Assembly: GCA_041736895.1 (NCBI GenBank)
Contig: JBGSSS010000005.1
Location: 621 to 64,620 of the forward strand
Reading direction: 5' to 3'
From: Pirellulales bacterium
GTDB taxonomy: Bacteria; Planctomycetota; Planctomycetia; Pirellulales; JALHPA01
Length of the DNA: 64,000 bases
Position 1 is the first letter of the stretch. Each line of letters opens with the position of its first letter. This document shows, piece by piece, positions 44,708 to 52,935 of the stretch. The position numbers and the translations under genes are program-made. The notes under the pieces were generated by a model. That model saw only the letters and a program-made list of their open reading frames with translations. It was not told where the DNA came from and ran no database searches.

Positions 44708-45703
44708 CTACGCGACATTTATCAAAATCTTCCCCAGCAGCGTCCCCTGCTTCTGCAGCGTGTTGTCTTCTTGCAGTTGATGCGCCGCCGCGAGTTCTGC
44801 GAGCGGAAATGTCTTGCCGATCAGCGGATGCAATTTGCCCCCGGCCAGCCAGCGATTCAAATCCTCGGCGCAGGCGCGCTGCTCGGCCGGCGTGGCCTTG
44901 AACATGACAAAGCCGTGCAGCGAGCAACCCTTCACATAGAACGGCCCGAGCGGCATCACCGGGCGCGAATTTCGCCCGGCGATGATCACGAATCGACCCC
45001 GTTCAGCCATCAGCGGGACCGCGCGGTCGAAGTCGGGCATCAATTGTGTCTCCCAAAAGACGTTGATCCCGGCGGGGGCGGCTTTTTTGACTTCTTCGTC
45101 GACGTTCATCGTTTTGTAGTTGATCACGACATCGGCCCCGAGCATCCGCGCGAGGGCCGCTTTCTCGTCGCTGCCAACAGTTGTAATGACAAAAGCGCCA
45201 AGTTGCTTGGCGATTTGTATCGCGACGGAGCCGACGCCCCCCGTGCCGCCGTTGATGAAGAAGACTTCGCCCGGTTGGAGCTTCGCATCGCGCACCAGCC
45301 CCAGTTGCGCCGTGATTCCCGGCAGCGCGATCGCCGCGGCCTGCTCGTCGGTCACGGCGTCAGGCGTCTTGTAGAGCCACTGCTCATCGGTGACGACGTA
45401 CTCGGCGCTCGTTCCTTGGCGGCCGAGCAAACCCTGGTTCGAACCCCAAACACGGTCGCCGACTTTGAACCGCGTCGCCAGCGGCCCCACGGCCTCCACG
45501 ATGCCGGCCAGATCCGCGCCCGGCACAAACGGAAACGTTAGCGGCATTGCAACGCTGCCCCCGCGAATATAAGTATCGATGGGGTTCACGCTCGCGACAT
45601 TCACGCGGACCCGAACCTCGGTTCCCTGCGGCTCCGGCATCGGCAACTCGCCAATGATGATCGAAGACGCGGGTCCCGTTTGAGTGATGTAAGCGGCACG
45701 CAT
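44708..45703 (-). CDS. Zeta-crystallin-type NADPH:quinone oxidoreductase (MDR family)
   Basis: ORF 44708..45868 trimmed to MRAAYITQTGPASS, because the upstream part translates the A-tract inverted repeat. VASVNPIDTY and INGGTGGVGS motifs are present. Confidence 0.85.
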   Translation of the reverse strand: MRAAYITQTGPASSIIIGELPMPEPQGTEVRVRVNVASVNPIDTYIRGGSVAMPLTFPFVPGADLAGIVEAVGPLATRFKVGDRVWGSNQGLLGRQGTSAEYVVTDEQWLYKTPDAVTDEQAAAIALPGITAQLGLVRDAKLQPGEVFFINGGTGGVGSVAIQIAKQLGAFVITTVGSDEKAALARMLGADVVINYKTMNVDEEVKKAAPAGINVFWETQLMPDFDRAVPLMAERGRFVIIAGRNSRPVMPLGPFYVKGCSLHGFVMFKATPAEQRACAEDLNRWLAGGKLHPLIGKTFPLAELAAAHQLQEDNTLQKQGTLLGKILINVA

Positions 45704-45772
45704 GGTGGGACTCGCGAATTTGTGATGCTGAACAGGAGTTAGCAGAGATGCGGAGAAGGCAAATGCGAGATT

Positions 45773-46072
45773 CGACAGAAGGCAACAAAGGTAACGAAGA
45801 ACTACAAATTCTGATTGAACAGAAGGCCGCAAAGAGCGCAAAGGAAAGACAAAAGGTAACTTGAACAAACGATCAATGAGGCAGCCGCGAAATGCAGAGA
45901 AGACTTGCGTCTTTACAACGATCTGAATTTCCTATGCCGACTCTGTACCGCTCTGAATTTCCTACGCCCCTCCGTGTTTCGCAATTGCATTTCCGAATTT
46001 CTTTGCGATCTTTGCGCCCTTCTGTTTAAACGCATTTTGCCTTTTCTTCGTTTCCTTCGTTACCTTCTGTCG
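45773..46072. repeat. ~300-bp nested imperfect inverted repeat, purine/A-tract rich
   Basis: Outer arms CGACAGAAGGCAACAAAGGTAACGAAG / CTTCGTTTCCTTCGTTACCTTCTGTCG. Inner arms AACAGAAGGCCGCAAAGAGCGCAAAG / CTTTGCGATCTTTGCGCCCTTCTGTT. The central direct repeat CTGAATTTCCTA(T/C)GCC occurs twice. Confidence 0.85.
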
Positions 46073-46079
46073 AAAACTT

Positions 46080-46110
46080 CTTCTCGCCCTGGCTTACGCC
46101 GCGGGCTTTC
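46080..46110 (+). repeat. Half-site of the GCTTACGC..CGGGCT family
   Basis: CTTCTCGCCCTGGCTTACGCCGCGGGCTTTC, compare 4281-4310. Confidence 0.7.
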
Positions 46111-46112
46111 AC

Positions 46113-46502
46113 TCAAAAACCTTTGATCGGCTTCGTGTGTTCCGCCGAGTGTTCGCAGGTGATCACGCTCGAGATTCCGCCGCGCGGCGTGAAGGCCGCG
46201 ATCAGCGTCATCTTCCGCGGCTGCAACTTCGCGACCAGATCGTCCAGGATCACGTTCGTCACATTTTCGTAGAAGATTCCCTGGTTGCGGTACGATTGCA
46301 GGTACATCTTCCAGCTCTTCAACTCCACGCAGAGTTTATCGGGCACGTATTTCACCGTCAGCGTCCCAAAGTCTGGCTGGCCCGTGATCGGACAGACCGA
46401 CGTGAACTCGGGGGCAACGATTTCGATCAAATAATCGCGCTGCGGATAAGTATTGGCAAACGTTTCAAGTAAATCTCGCGCGGCACTCACAAACGGCTCC
46501 AC
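46113..46502 (-). CDS. queF: NADPH-dependent 7-cyano-7-deazaguanine reductase (unimodular type)
   Basis: [44 protein letters not shown] contains the catalytic Cys and the QueF motif. Confidence 0.9.
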   Translation of the reverse strand: MEPFVSAARDLLETFANTYPQRDYLIEIVAPEFTSVCPITGQPDFGTLTVKYVPDKLCVELKSWKMYLQSYRNQGIFYENVTNVILDDLVAKLQPRKMTLIAAFTPRGGISSVITCEHSAEHTKPIKGF

Positions 46503-46563
46503 AACAAAAATGAAATACGGAGAAAAACAATGGCTTTTTCATTATGATAGGGAGACTCTTCCA

Positions 46564-46593
46564 CAAAGCCCAGGGGTTCACCCCCTGGGATCC
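46564..46593 (+). repeat. 30-nt hairpin repeat, copy 4
   Basis: CAAAGCCCAGGGGTTCACCCCCTGGGATCC, located between the divergent queF and queC genes. Confidence 0.9.
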
Positions 46594-46605
46594 CCTTGAT
46601 CGACT

Positions 46606-47304
46606 ATGACGAACTCATCCCCCAAACCGGCCGTCGTGCTTCTCTCCGGCGGCCTCGATTCGGCCACGACCGCCGCGATCGCCCGCGACCAGGGCTTTAC
46701 GCTCTACGCCCTATCGTTCGATTACGGCCAGCGGCACAAACACGAACTCGATGCGGCTCGCCGCGTGGCCGCGGCGCTCGGAGTCGTGCGGCATTTGGTT
46801 TTGCCGCTCGACTTGCGGGCGATGGGGGGCAGCGCGCTGACCGCCGACATCGACGTGCCCAAGGATCGCCCCGACAGCGAAATGGAACATGGCATCCCGA
46901 TCACCTATGTGCCGGCGCGGAATACGGTGTTTCTCTCGCTCGCCCTTGGCTGGGCCGAAGTGCTCGGCGCGGCGGATATGTTCATCGGCGTGAACGCCGT
47001 TGATTACAGCGGCTACCCCGATTGCCGGCCGGAGTTCATCGCGGCGTTTGAAAAGGTCGCGAACCTCGCCACACGCGCCGGAGTCGAAGGGACACTCCGC
47101 TTCAAGATTCACACGCCCCTGATCTCGTGGACCAAGGCGCAAATTATCCAACGTGGACTCGACCTGGGCATCGACTTCGCGCTGACGCATAGCTGCTACG
47201 ATCCCGACGCCAACGGACACCCCTGCGGCCATTGCGATTCGTGTCAGCTACGCAACCGTGGCTTCGCGGAACTTGGCATGACCGATCCGTCGTTAAAAAT
47301 GTAA
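46606..47304 (+). CDS. queC: 7-cyano-7-deazaguanine synthase
   Basis: [36 protein letters not shown] and a C-terminal [10 protein letters not shown] zinc motif. Confidence 0.92.
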   Translation: MTNSSPKPAVVLLSGGLDSATTAAIARDQGFTLYALSFDYGQRHKHELDAARRVAAALGVVRHLVLPLDLRAMGGSALTADIDVPKDRPDSEMEHGIPITYVPARNTVFLSLALGWAEVLGAADMFIGVNAVDYSGYPDCRPEFIAAFEKVANLATRAGVEGTLRFKIHTPLISWTKAQIIQRGLDLGIDFALTHSCYDPDANGHPCGHCDSCQLRNRGFAELGMTDPSLKM

Positions 47305-47349
47305 AACGGGCAGCTAGCGCTGCTCCCGCTAAACGGAAGTATCATCACG

Positions 47350-48174
47350 ATGACGAAATCCACACCGCTGCAATCAAACTGGTACGACCTGCCGAAGTTT
47401 TACGATCTGAGTGTGGCCGATGAGACGGCCGGGGAGTTGGCGTTTGTGCAAGGGGCCGCTGCCAAGTTTCTGGATCAACAGCCCGCCGATCGACCGATAC
47501 GCGTGGTCGAACCGGCGTGCGGAACGGGACGTTTGACCGAAGCACTTGCAAGGCGTGGGTTTCAAGTCACGGCGTTCGATTTGAATCCGACGATGGTCGA
47601 ATTTACGAAGCAACGAATTGCTAAGCAGCAAGCCCGTGGGTCGCGTGCGGCGATTACAACACCCACCGTTTTTGCGGCCGACATGGCGCGCTTCACGATT
47701 CCGCAGCCGGCGGACATCGGCGTTTGCTTGCTCGACAGTTTTCGCCACTTGCTCAGCGAGGACGATGCGCAAGCGCATTTGCAGTGCATGGCCCGCGCGG
47801 TGCGGCCGGGTGGCATCTATCTGCTAGGGCTGCATCTCCTGCCGCCGGATGCCGATTTGGAATGCACTGAGCGCTGGACAAATCAATCCGGCAAGACGCA
47901 CATCACGACAACGCTGCGGGTGATGAGCAGTTCCCGAAAGACGCGTTTAGAGCAGATCCGCATTAGTCTCTTGGTCCGCGATGGAAAGCGCGTCGCGCGC
48001 TACCGCGATGAATTCCCGCTCCGTATGTACACCGCGGCGCAGCTCAAATCGCTCGTGGCAAGCGTGCCGGAATGGAGTCTCACGGCGGTGTACGATTACT
48101 GGTACGAGCTAGAGGAACCGCTGAAATTGACCAACGAGTTGTCGGACACGGTGCTGGTGTTGCGAAGAACGTAG
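47350..48174 (+). CDS. Class I SAM-dependent methyltransferase
   Basis: VVEPACGTGRLTEALARRGFQVTAFDLNPTMV (motif I). The stop TAG lies inside repeat copy B. Confidence 0.8.
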   Translation: MTKSTPLQSNWYDLPKFYDLSVADETAGELAFVQGAAAKFLDQQPADRPIRVVEPACGTGRLTEALARRGFQVTAFDLNPTMVEFTKQRIAKQQARGSRAAITTPTVFAADMARFTIPQPADIGVCLLDSFRHLLSEDDAQAHLQCMARAVRPGGIYLLGLHLLPPDADLECTERWTNQSGKTHITTTLRVMSSSRKTRLEQIRISLLVRDGKRVARYRDEFPLRMYTAAQLKSLVASVPEWSLTAVYDYWYELEEPLKLTNELSDTVLVLRRT

Positions 48175-48299
48175 GCCCGGCTGTGCCGGGCGAACGCAAG
48201 ACGCTGCCAATAGCTTCAATCCCGCAGACCAAGCGGCTTGGTCCGCAGAGAGCCTTTGACTTAGAATGTCTGCTCTTTGTGCGGCAGAGCCGCACCTAC
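48171..48299 (+). repeat. 129-nt structured interspersed element, copy B
   Basis: It fills the whole gap between convergent genes. Its GTAGG and CCTAC termini contain both stop codons (48172-48174 on plus, 48299-48301 on minus). Confidence 0.9.
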
Positions 48300-49564
48300 T
48301 AGCGCCGAAACTTGACTTGCGAGCCTTCGCTCAGGATATCATGAATGTCTTCGGCGTCCTTGGCGGACAAGCGAACGCTGCCGCGCGGGTCGCTCGGCGG
48401 AACTTGCGCGCCGTGGCCGTGGATCATCATCTTGTCGCTCAATAGAAGTGCGAAATTGCCGATCGGATTGTTCGGGTCGCCGCTGCCGAAACTTTGATTT
48501 AGCTGGCTGTTGTTGTACGTCGGATTCATCGCGCGTTTTTGCACGACATAATCCGCCGGGGTGTATTGAGACTCGCTTCCGAGCATCACGATGTCAAACG
48601 TGCCGGCGAATTGATCTTTCAAGAAGAGCGTCAGCTTGTTCTTTTTGAGATCGACGTCGGCGCGGAACGGGCCGGGAACCACCTTGAGGAACTGGCCCAC
48701 GGGCAATTGCTTGGGATCGGTCAAGCCATTGATCTTGGCCAGCATCTCCCACGGCACGTTGTACCGCTTGGCAATGACATCCAGCGTCTCGCCGGGGTCG
48801 ATGCGATGCGGGCTGACGAGGTGATACTTGGTCGAGTAGATGACCACGCCGGCGAGCTGGTTGAGCAAGTCGTTGACCTGTTGCTGCTCGCTCGCGCTCA
48901 TCGACTGATCGTCGTAAATCCGAGTGAGGCGAGTCAGGGCTTCGCTGAGTTTATTCTCGGCGATCAGTTGCTGAGTTTCCTTCATCACTGGACCAAACGG
49001 CGAGAGCGCAGCTTGGTTCACGTCGCTGCCCGTTGTCGTAAAGCCAGCCAACGGCGTGGCCCCGGCGGGTAAGTTCGTCGCGGCTGGCGTTGCATTCGCC
49101 GGCGCGTTCAAACCCGACATTGCTGGCGGAGCTAGATCGCCTGGCTTAGGCAGCCCGGCCAACGGCGGCAGCAGCGCGCTGCCGGGATTATCGCCCGCTG
49201 GCGGCGCATCGAGTTTCAAATCATTGCCGCTCGCTGCCGGCTTCAATGGTTCGCCAAATCCAATTGTAGCCGGTGGCGTCGTTGCCGAAGGCCCGGAAGA
49301 CGATCCCATCGACAACGGACTATTCACGATATTGTCCCGCCGCGGTTCGCGCGGCGAAAGCGTCGTCGGCGCAGGACTCGCCGGCGTCGCCGCAAAATTC
49401 GGCACCGTGCTCTTCGTATCGAGCGCAGGTACCGCGATCGCCGGGATCGACGCATCGACCCCGAGCGGAACCTGTTGCGGGTTCTTGAGGTGCAAGGTCC
49501 GATAGACGCCGTAACCGACGCCGACCAACACCAAGAGCATGAAAAACGACTTGAGCGAATTCAC
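48299..49564 (-). CDS. LysM-domain protein with a YkuD-like (L,D-transpeptidase fold) C-terminus in which Ser replaces the usual Cys
   Basis: ORF 48299..49723 trimmed to GTG 49564, which is preceded by AAGGAGG 6 nt upstream. TM helix FFMLLVLVGVGYGV. LysM segment YNVPWEMLAKINGLTDPKQLPVGQFLKV. The C-terminus reads MMIHGHG...PRGSVRLS where YkuD domains have H-G...G-C-[IV]-R. Confidence 0.75.
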   Translation of the reverse strand: MNSLKSFFMLLVLVGVGYGVYRTLHLKNPQQVPLGVDASIPAIAVPALDTKSTVPNFAATPASPAPTTLSPREPRRDNIVNSPLSMGSSSGPSATTPPATIGFGEPLKPAASGNDLKLDAPPAGDNPGSALLPPLAGLPKPGDLAPPAMSGLNAPANATPAATNLPAGATPLAGFTTTGSDVNQAALSPFGPVMKETQQLIAENKLSEALTRLTRIYDDQSMSASEQQQVNDLLNQLAGVVIYSTKYHLVSPHRIDPGETLDVIAKRYNVPWEMLAKINGLTDPKQLPVGQFLKVVPGPFRADVDLKKNKLTLFLKDQFAGTFDIVMLGSESQYTPADYVVQKRAMNPTYNNSQLNQSFGSGDPNNPIGNFALLLSDKMMIHGHGAQVPPSDPRGSVRLSAKDAEDIHDILSEGSQVKFRR

Positions 49565-49729
49565 GACGATCCTCCTTGATCGCGTGGAGTTCCGAAAATC
49601 AAAACCGCGTTGGCCCTGAAAGATGCTGCTGCCATCATGGCGCAACGCTCCCTCGTGGCAAACGTCGCGGAATAGTAGCGAGCGAAGGATTTTCGAGAAA
49701 GAGCAATTCAGCACTCCTTTCACAACGCC

Positions 49730-49758
49730 CGTTTAGCGGCGACTCGAAGAGGAGCGTT
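49730..49758 (-). repeat. Exact 29-mer repeat, copy 3 (inverted)
   Basis: CGTTTAGCGGCGACTCGAAGAGGAGCGTT. Confidence 0.95.
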
Positions 49759-49831
49759 CTCCGCAATCCGGGCTATTGCCGCCAGCACGGCTTGCCTATA
49801 ATCGGACACAGTATTTATTCAATACAGCAAG

Positions 49832-50389
49832 ATGCTTGCCGGTTGGTTGTTCGTTTCATTGATGAGTCTGCCCATGGCTGCTAGCAAAAAATCTTCCGCT
49901 ACTCCTCCGCCGAAAGCCGCGGCCCCAACCGCAAAATCGTCGGGCCCGCGCAAGAGCCGAATCTTGATCGCCGACGATAATGCGCCGAATTGCGAATTGC
50001 TCGAGGCGTTCCTGGCCGATGTCGATTGCGACATCGAGATGGCCGTCGATGGCCGCGACACGCTCGACAAGGTCGCCTCGTTCCAGCCGGACTTGATCCT
50101 GCTGGATGTGATGATGCCCAAGCTCAGCGGGTTCGAGGTTTGCAAGGAACTCAAATCCAACGCCGCGACGCGCGGGATCATGATCCTGATGGTGACCGCG
50201 CTGAATGAACTGGGCGATATCGAACGGGCGGTCGATTGCGGGACGGACGATTTCCTCAGCAAGCCGGTCAACAAGATCGAACTCGTCAAGCGCGTCGAGA
50301 ACATGCTCAAGCTGCACCACGTCAGCGACGAGAACGAACGTCTAAGGAAGTACATTCAAGAAATGGAAGACGACTCGGGCCCGACATAA
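49832..50389 (+). CDS. Single-domain response regulator (REC)
   Basis: RILIADDNAPNCELLEAFL...PDLILLDVMMPKLSGFEVCKELK...LSKP. The start is uncertain (49832 or ATG 49874). Confidence 0.85.
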   Translation: MLAGWLFVSLMSLPMAASKKSSATPPPKAAAPTAKSSGPRKSRILIADDNAPNCELLEAFLADVDCDIEMAVDGRDTLDKVASFQPDLILLDVMMPKLSGFEVCKELKSNAATRGIMILMVTALNELGDIERAVDCGTDDFLSKPVNKIELVKRVENMLKLHHVSDENERLRKYIQEMEDDSGPT

Positions 50390-50407
50390 GCGGATGCTCA
50401 TCATAGT

Positions 50408-50436
50408 CAAAGCCCAGGGGGTCACCCCCTGGGATC
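50408..50436 (+). repeat. 30-nt hairpin repeat, copy 5
   Basis: CAAAGCCCAGGGGGTCACCCCCTGGGATC. Confidence 0.9.
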
Positions 50437-50466
50437 TGCGGCATTGCTCTTAACCAAGGCAGACGA

Positions 50467-51186
50467 ATGGAATCGTCGCTGCATCGCGAATTGAAACGCA
50501 TCTATGCCGGCGAGGCCGCGCGCACCGAAGTTCGCCTCGGCCGCTACATCATCGACGCGATCATCTGCGACGAACATGGCTGCGACATCCTCATCGAGGT
50601 TCAGCACGGCCCGCTGACGGCGATTCGGGATAAGATCAAGGTCTTGCTCGAAAAACACCCGCTCCGCGTTGTCAAACCGCTGATCGCCAAGAAGCATCTT
50701 TACAAACGGGCACGCAAGAACGGCAAGAAGCTCGAAAAACGCGTCAGCCCCAAGCGGATGACACTGCTGCATATCTTCGAAGAGCTCGTCCACATGACGC
50801 GAATCTTTCCGCATCCGAACCTGACGCTCGAAGTGCCGCTCGTCGAGATCGCCGAATATCGCCGGCCGGGTCACGGCAAACGCCGCTGGCGGCGCGATGG
50901 CGATCATGTGGTCGAGGATCAGAAACTAGTTGAGATTCACGACACCTGCGATTTGCGCACACTGGCCGATCTCCGCGGGCTGATTGAGACGGAGGACCGC
51001 TGCCTGCCCGCGGAGTTTACGACCCGGGAATTGGCCGAGCAATGCAACGTTTCTCGTTCGTTAGCGCAGCAGATCGCGTATGTGTTGCGACAGTGCGGCG
51101 CGACGGTCGTGTTGGGCAAACAGAAGCGCGCGTGGCTCTATGCGTGGGCACCGGCGAGTGAAGCGAAGCAGCGGCTGGCGTCGTAG
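50467..51186 (+). CDS. Putative PD-(D/E)XK-like nuclease-fold protein with a C-terminal winged-helix-like region (CoiA-like motif pattern)
   Basis: SLHRELKRIY...EVRLGRYIIDAIICDEHGCDILIEVQHGPL fits the H-x3-K ... D ... E-[VI]-Q pattern of CoiA-type nuclease domains. The C-terminus TTRELAEQCNVSRSLAQQIAYVLRQCG looks HTH-like. This is a by-eye inference only. Confidence 0.5.
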   Translation: MESSLHRELKRIYAGEAARTEVRLGRYIIDAIICDEHGCDILIEVQHGPLTAIRDKIKVLLEKHPLRVVKPLIAKKHLYKRARKNGKKLEKRVSPKRMTLLHIFEELVHMTRIFPHPNLTLEVPLVEIAEYRRPGHGKRRWRRDGDHVVEDQKLVEIHDTCDLRTLADLRGLIETEDRCLPAEFTTRELAEQCNVSRSLAQQIAYVLRQCGATVVLGKQKRAWLYAWAPASEAKQRLAS

Positions 51187-51454
51187 AGTAGCCAACTCGC
51201 CGCGGCGAGTTGGAAACAATCGACGTTCCATCTCAGAACTCGATGATGCTTCCAAGCGGCATCCAAAGTGGCCTTCTCACGCCGTGAGAAGGATTCGCCC
51301 GAGTCCGATTCTGGGCAGACGATTCCTGTCGTAGCGGCGTTATTTTCTGCTCGCGGGGCGAGCAGGCCAATTTGAATGCCGCCGTGCTGAATCGGAGCAT
51401 GTTGGAATAGAATGTCCAACGGATTCCAACTTGCAGAGCAAGTTGGCTACTCTA
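51184..51454. repeat. 271-nt hairpin-pair inverted-repeat element filling a convergent intergenic gap
   Basis: TAGAGTAGCCAACTCGCCGCGGCGAGTTGG ... CCAACTTGCAGAGCAAGTTGGCTACTCTA. The terminal TAG/CTA triplets are the stop codons of 50467..51186 (+) and 51452..51802 (-). It also has internal hairpins (CCTTCTCACG/CGTGAGAAGG, CTGCTCGC/GCGAGCAG). Confidence 0.9.
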
Positions 51455-51802
51455 AAACTCGATCACGCGTACGCCCGGCACGCTTTCTTGCACAAAAATC
51501 TTGCCATCGCCCATCCGGCCCGTGCGGGCGACATCGACCATTTGCCGCATGACACTCTCAACGTGCTCGGCGGCGATCCAGACGTGGATCTCGACCTTGG
51601 GCAGAAACGCCATCGAGAAGTCCGACTCGCTGTACTGGTCGAGGTAACTCTTCTGCCGGCCGAAGCCCTTCACCTCGACGACCGAGACAGCTTCGAGTGG
51701 CGCACGTTTAATCGCGTCGAGCACCTTCTCCGCCAGATACGGCTTGACGATCGCCGTGACTTGCTTGATGCCGTGTGTCGTGTTGCCCGTTGGGGAGTTC
51801 AT
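51452..51802 (-). CDS. P-II family signal-transduction protein
   Basis: KQVTAIVKPYLAEKVLDAIKRAPLEAVSVVEVKGFGRQKSY...GDGKIFVQ follows the P-II fold pattern. Confidence 0.85.
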   Translation of the reverse strand: MNSPTGNTTHGIKQVTAIVKPYLAEKVLDAIKRAPLEAVSVVEVKGFGRQKSYLDQYSESDFSMAFLPKVEIHVWIAAEHVESVMRQMVDVARTGRMGDGKIFVQESVPGVRVIEF

Positions 51803-51852
51803 GGATCACTCCGCGCACAGCCGGGGATTCACATCCCCGGCTCAGAGATTAA

Positions 51853-51914
51853 TAGCCCGCAGTGTAAGCAAGGGAGTGAGTCGAGATCTTCCTTGCTTAC
51901 GCTGCGGGCTGCTA
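51853..51914. repeat. Full hairpin form of the GCTTACGC..CGGGCT family
   Basis: TAGCCCGCAGTGTAAGCAAGGGA - 14 nt - TCCTTGCTTACGCTGCGGGCTGCTA. It lies between the ferredoxin stop (51927) and the P-II start (51802). A second hairpin GCCGGGGA-ttcaca-TCCCCGGC is at 51820-51841. Confidence 0.85.
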
Positions 51915-51926
51915 TCGTTTAACTGC

Positions 51927-52313
51927 TTAACTGAAGAACGACTCGCCGAAGAGCTCAAGTGGCGGACGCGTTTCTACCGTCATGTCGCCCATCACTGTCA
52001 CCTTGCACGCGAGCCGCATCGTGTCTTCGTTGCCGATGTAAGAAAACAGCGCTGGAGACAGCGGGTTGTACTTGAGCGTGAACTTCTCGACCATGCCCAT
52101 CGGCTCGGCGTTGTCGATGCCCTTGGTGATTTTCACCTTGCAGGTGCCGCAGTGTCCAAACCCATGACAATTCACGACCTTGTTGATGCCAGCCCCAAAT
52201 CCATTGATCCCGTCATAGAGATTAATCCCGGCGGCGAGGGCTTCCTTACGAAGGTTCGCCCCTTCGGCGACTTGAATTTCCTTTTTTTCGTTGACGAACG
52301 TGATCGTTGGCAT
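51927..52313 (-). CDS. 2Fe-2S ferredoxin-like protein
   Basis: CHGFGHCGTCKV ... LACKV cysteine pattern. 128 aa. Confidence 0.75.
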   Translation of the reverse strand: MPTITFVNEKKEIQVAEGANLRKEALAAGINLYDGINGFGAGINKVVNCHGFGHCGTCKVKITKGIDNAEPMGMVEKFTLKYNPLSPALFSYIGNEDTMRLACKVTVMGDMTVETRPPLELFGESFFS

Positions 52314-52408
52314 GGTCGAGGGGACAAGGTCAAGTGACGAGGTGAAAGACGGTTAACCCTGCTATCGTACCCGGGTTTTTGGAGAAATTCCAGAGATGAA
52401 TTGGCGTT

Positions 52409-52672
52409 TTAACCACGCTTCCAAATCATGATAACCTTCACGATACAATCGTCAGGATACACGTCATAGACGACACCAAGCGGCGATTGAAAGAGAAAAT
52501 AACGATTCCCGTAAACGGACTCGATTCGCTGAGGATCGATTTTCAATAAGCGTTCAATTTCATTGGCGGCATCGGTAAAATACTTTCGTTCCAGGGAATC
52601 AGGCACCGTTTGCAGGTATAGTTCAGCAAGTCGCCGTTTTGCGCTTGGCGTGAAGACCACGGTAAATTTCAT
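52409..52672 (-). CDS. ParE/RelE-fold toxin-like protein, cassette 1 (T1)
   Basis: MKFTVVFTPSAKRRLAELYLQ...DAANEIERLLKIDP...VVYDVYPDDCIVKVIMIWKRG. It shares a 4-nt ATGA overlap with the upstream small gene. Confidence 0.7.
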   Translation of the reverse strand: MKFTVVFTPSAKRRLAELYLQTVPDSLERKYFTDAANEIERLLKIDPQRIESVYGNRYFLFQSPLGVVYDVYPDDCIVKVIMIWKRG

Positions 52673-52935
52673 GCGCCATATTTCTCCACGAGTTCCTTCA
52701 TGATCTCGGACAATGTTTGGTCACCTTCTTCTTTGTCACATTCCGCAAGAAGCTCCGGCGTGATCCAATCCGGAATCATCGTCGGTGCAGGCACAAAAGT
52801 GCCTAACACAAACCCGTTTTGATTGCAGATCGCTGTTGGTTGCGAGGCGTTGGCGAAGCTGGGCTCGAGTTGCGACCCAATCGTGATCGGTTGCGGGACA
52901 TTACTGCCCGGCAAAATTGGGCTGATAGGGTTCAT
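52669..52935 (-). CDS. Partner (putative antitoxin) of cassette 1 (A1), unrecognised family
   Basis: ORF 52669..53145 trimmed to MNPISPILPG (88 aa). It shares ITIG...[19 protein letters not shown]...WITPELL...TLSEIMKEL with A2 and A3. Confidence 0.6.
   Translation of the reverse strand: MNPISPILPGSNVPQPITIGSQLEPSFANASQPTAICNQNGFVLGTFVPAPTMIPDWITPELLAECDKEEGDQTLSEIMKELVEKYGA

Noticed and set aside
46503-46605. Possible preQ1 riboswitch between queF and queC
   Set aside because: There is no compact hairpin followed by an A-rich tail with the conserved preQ1-I/II features. The only structure is a copy of the generic 30-nt hairpin repeat.
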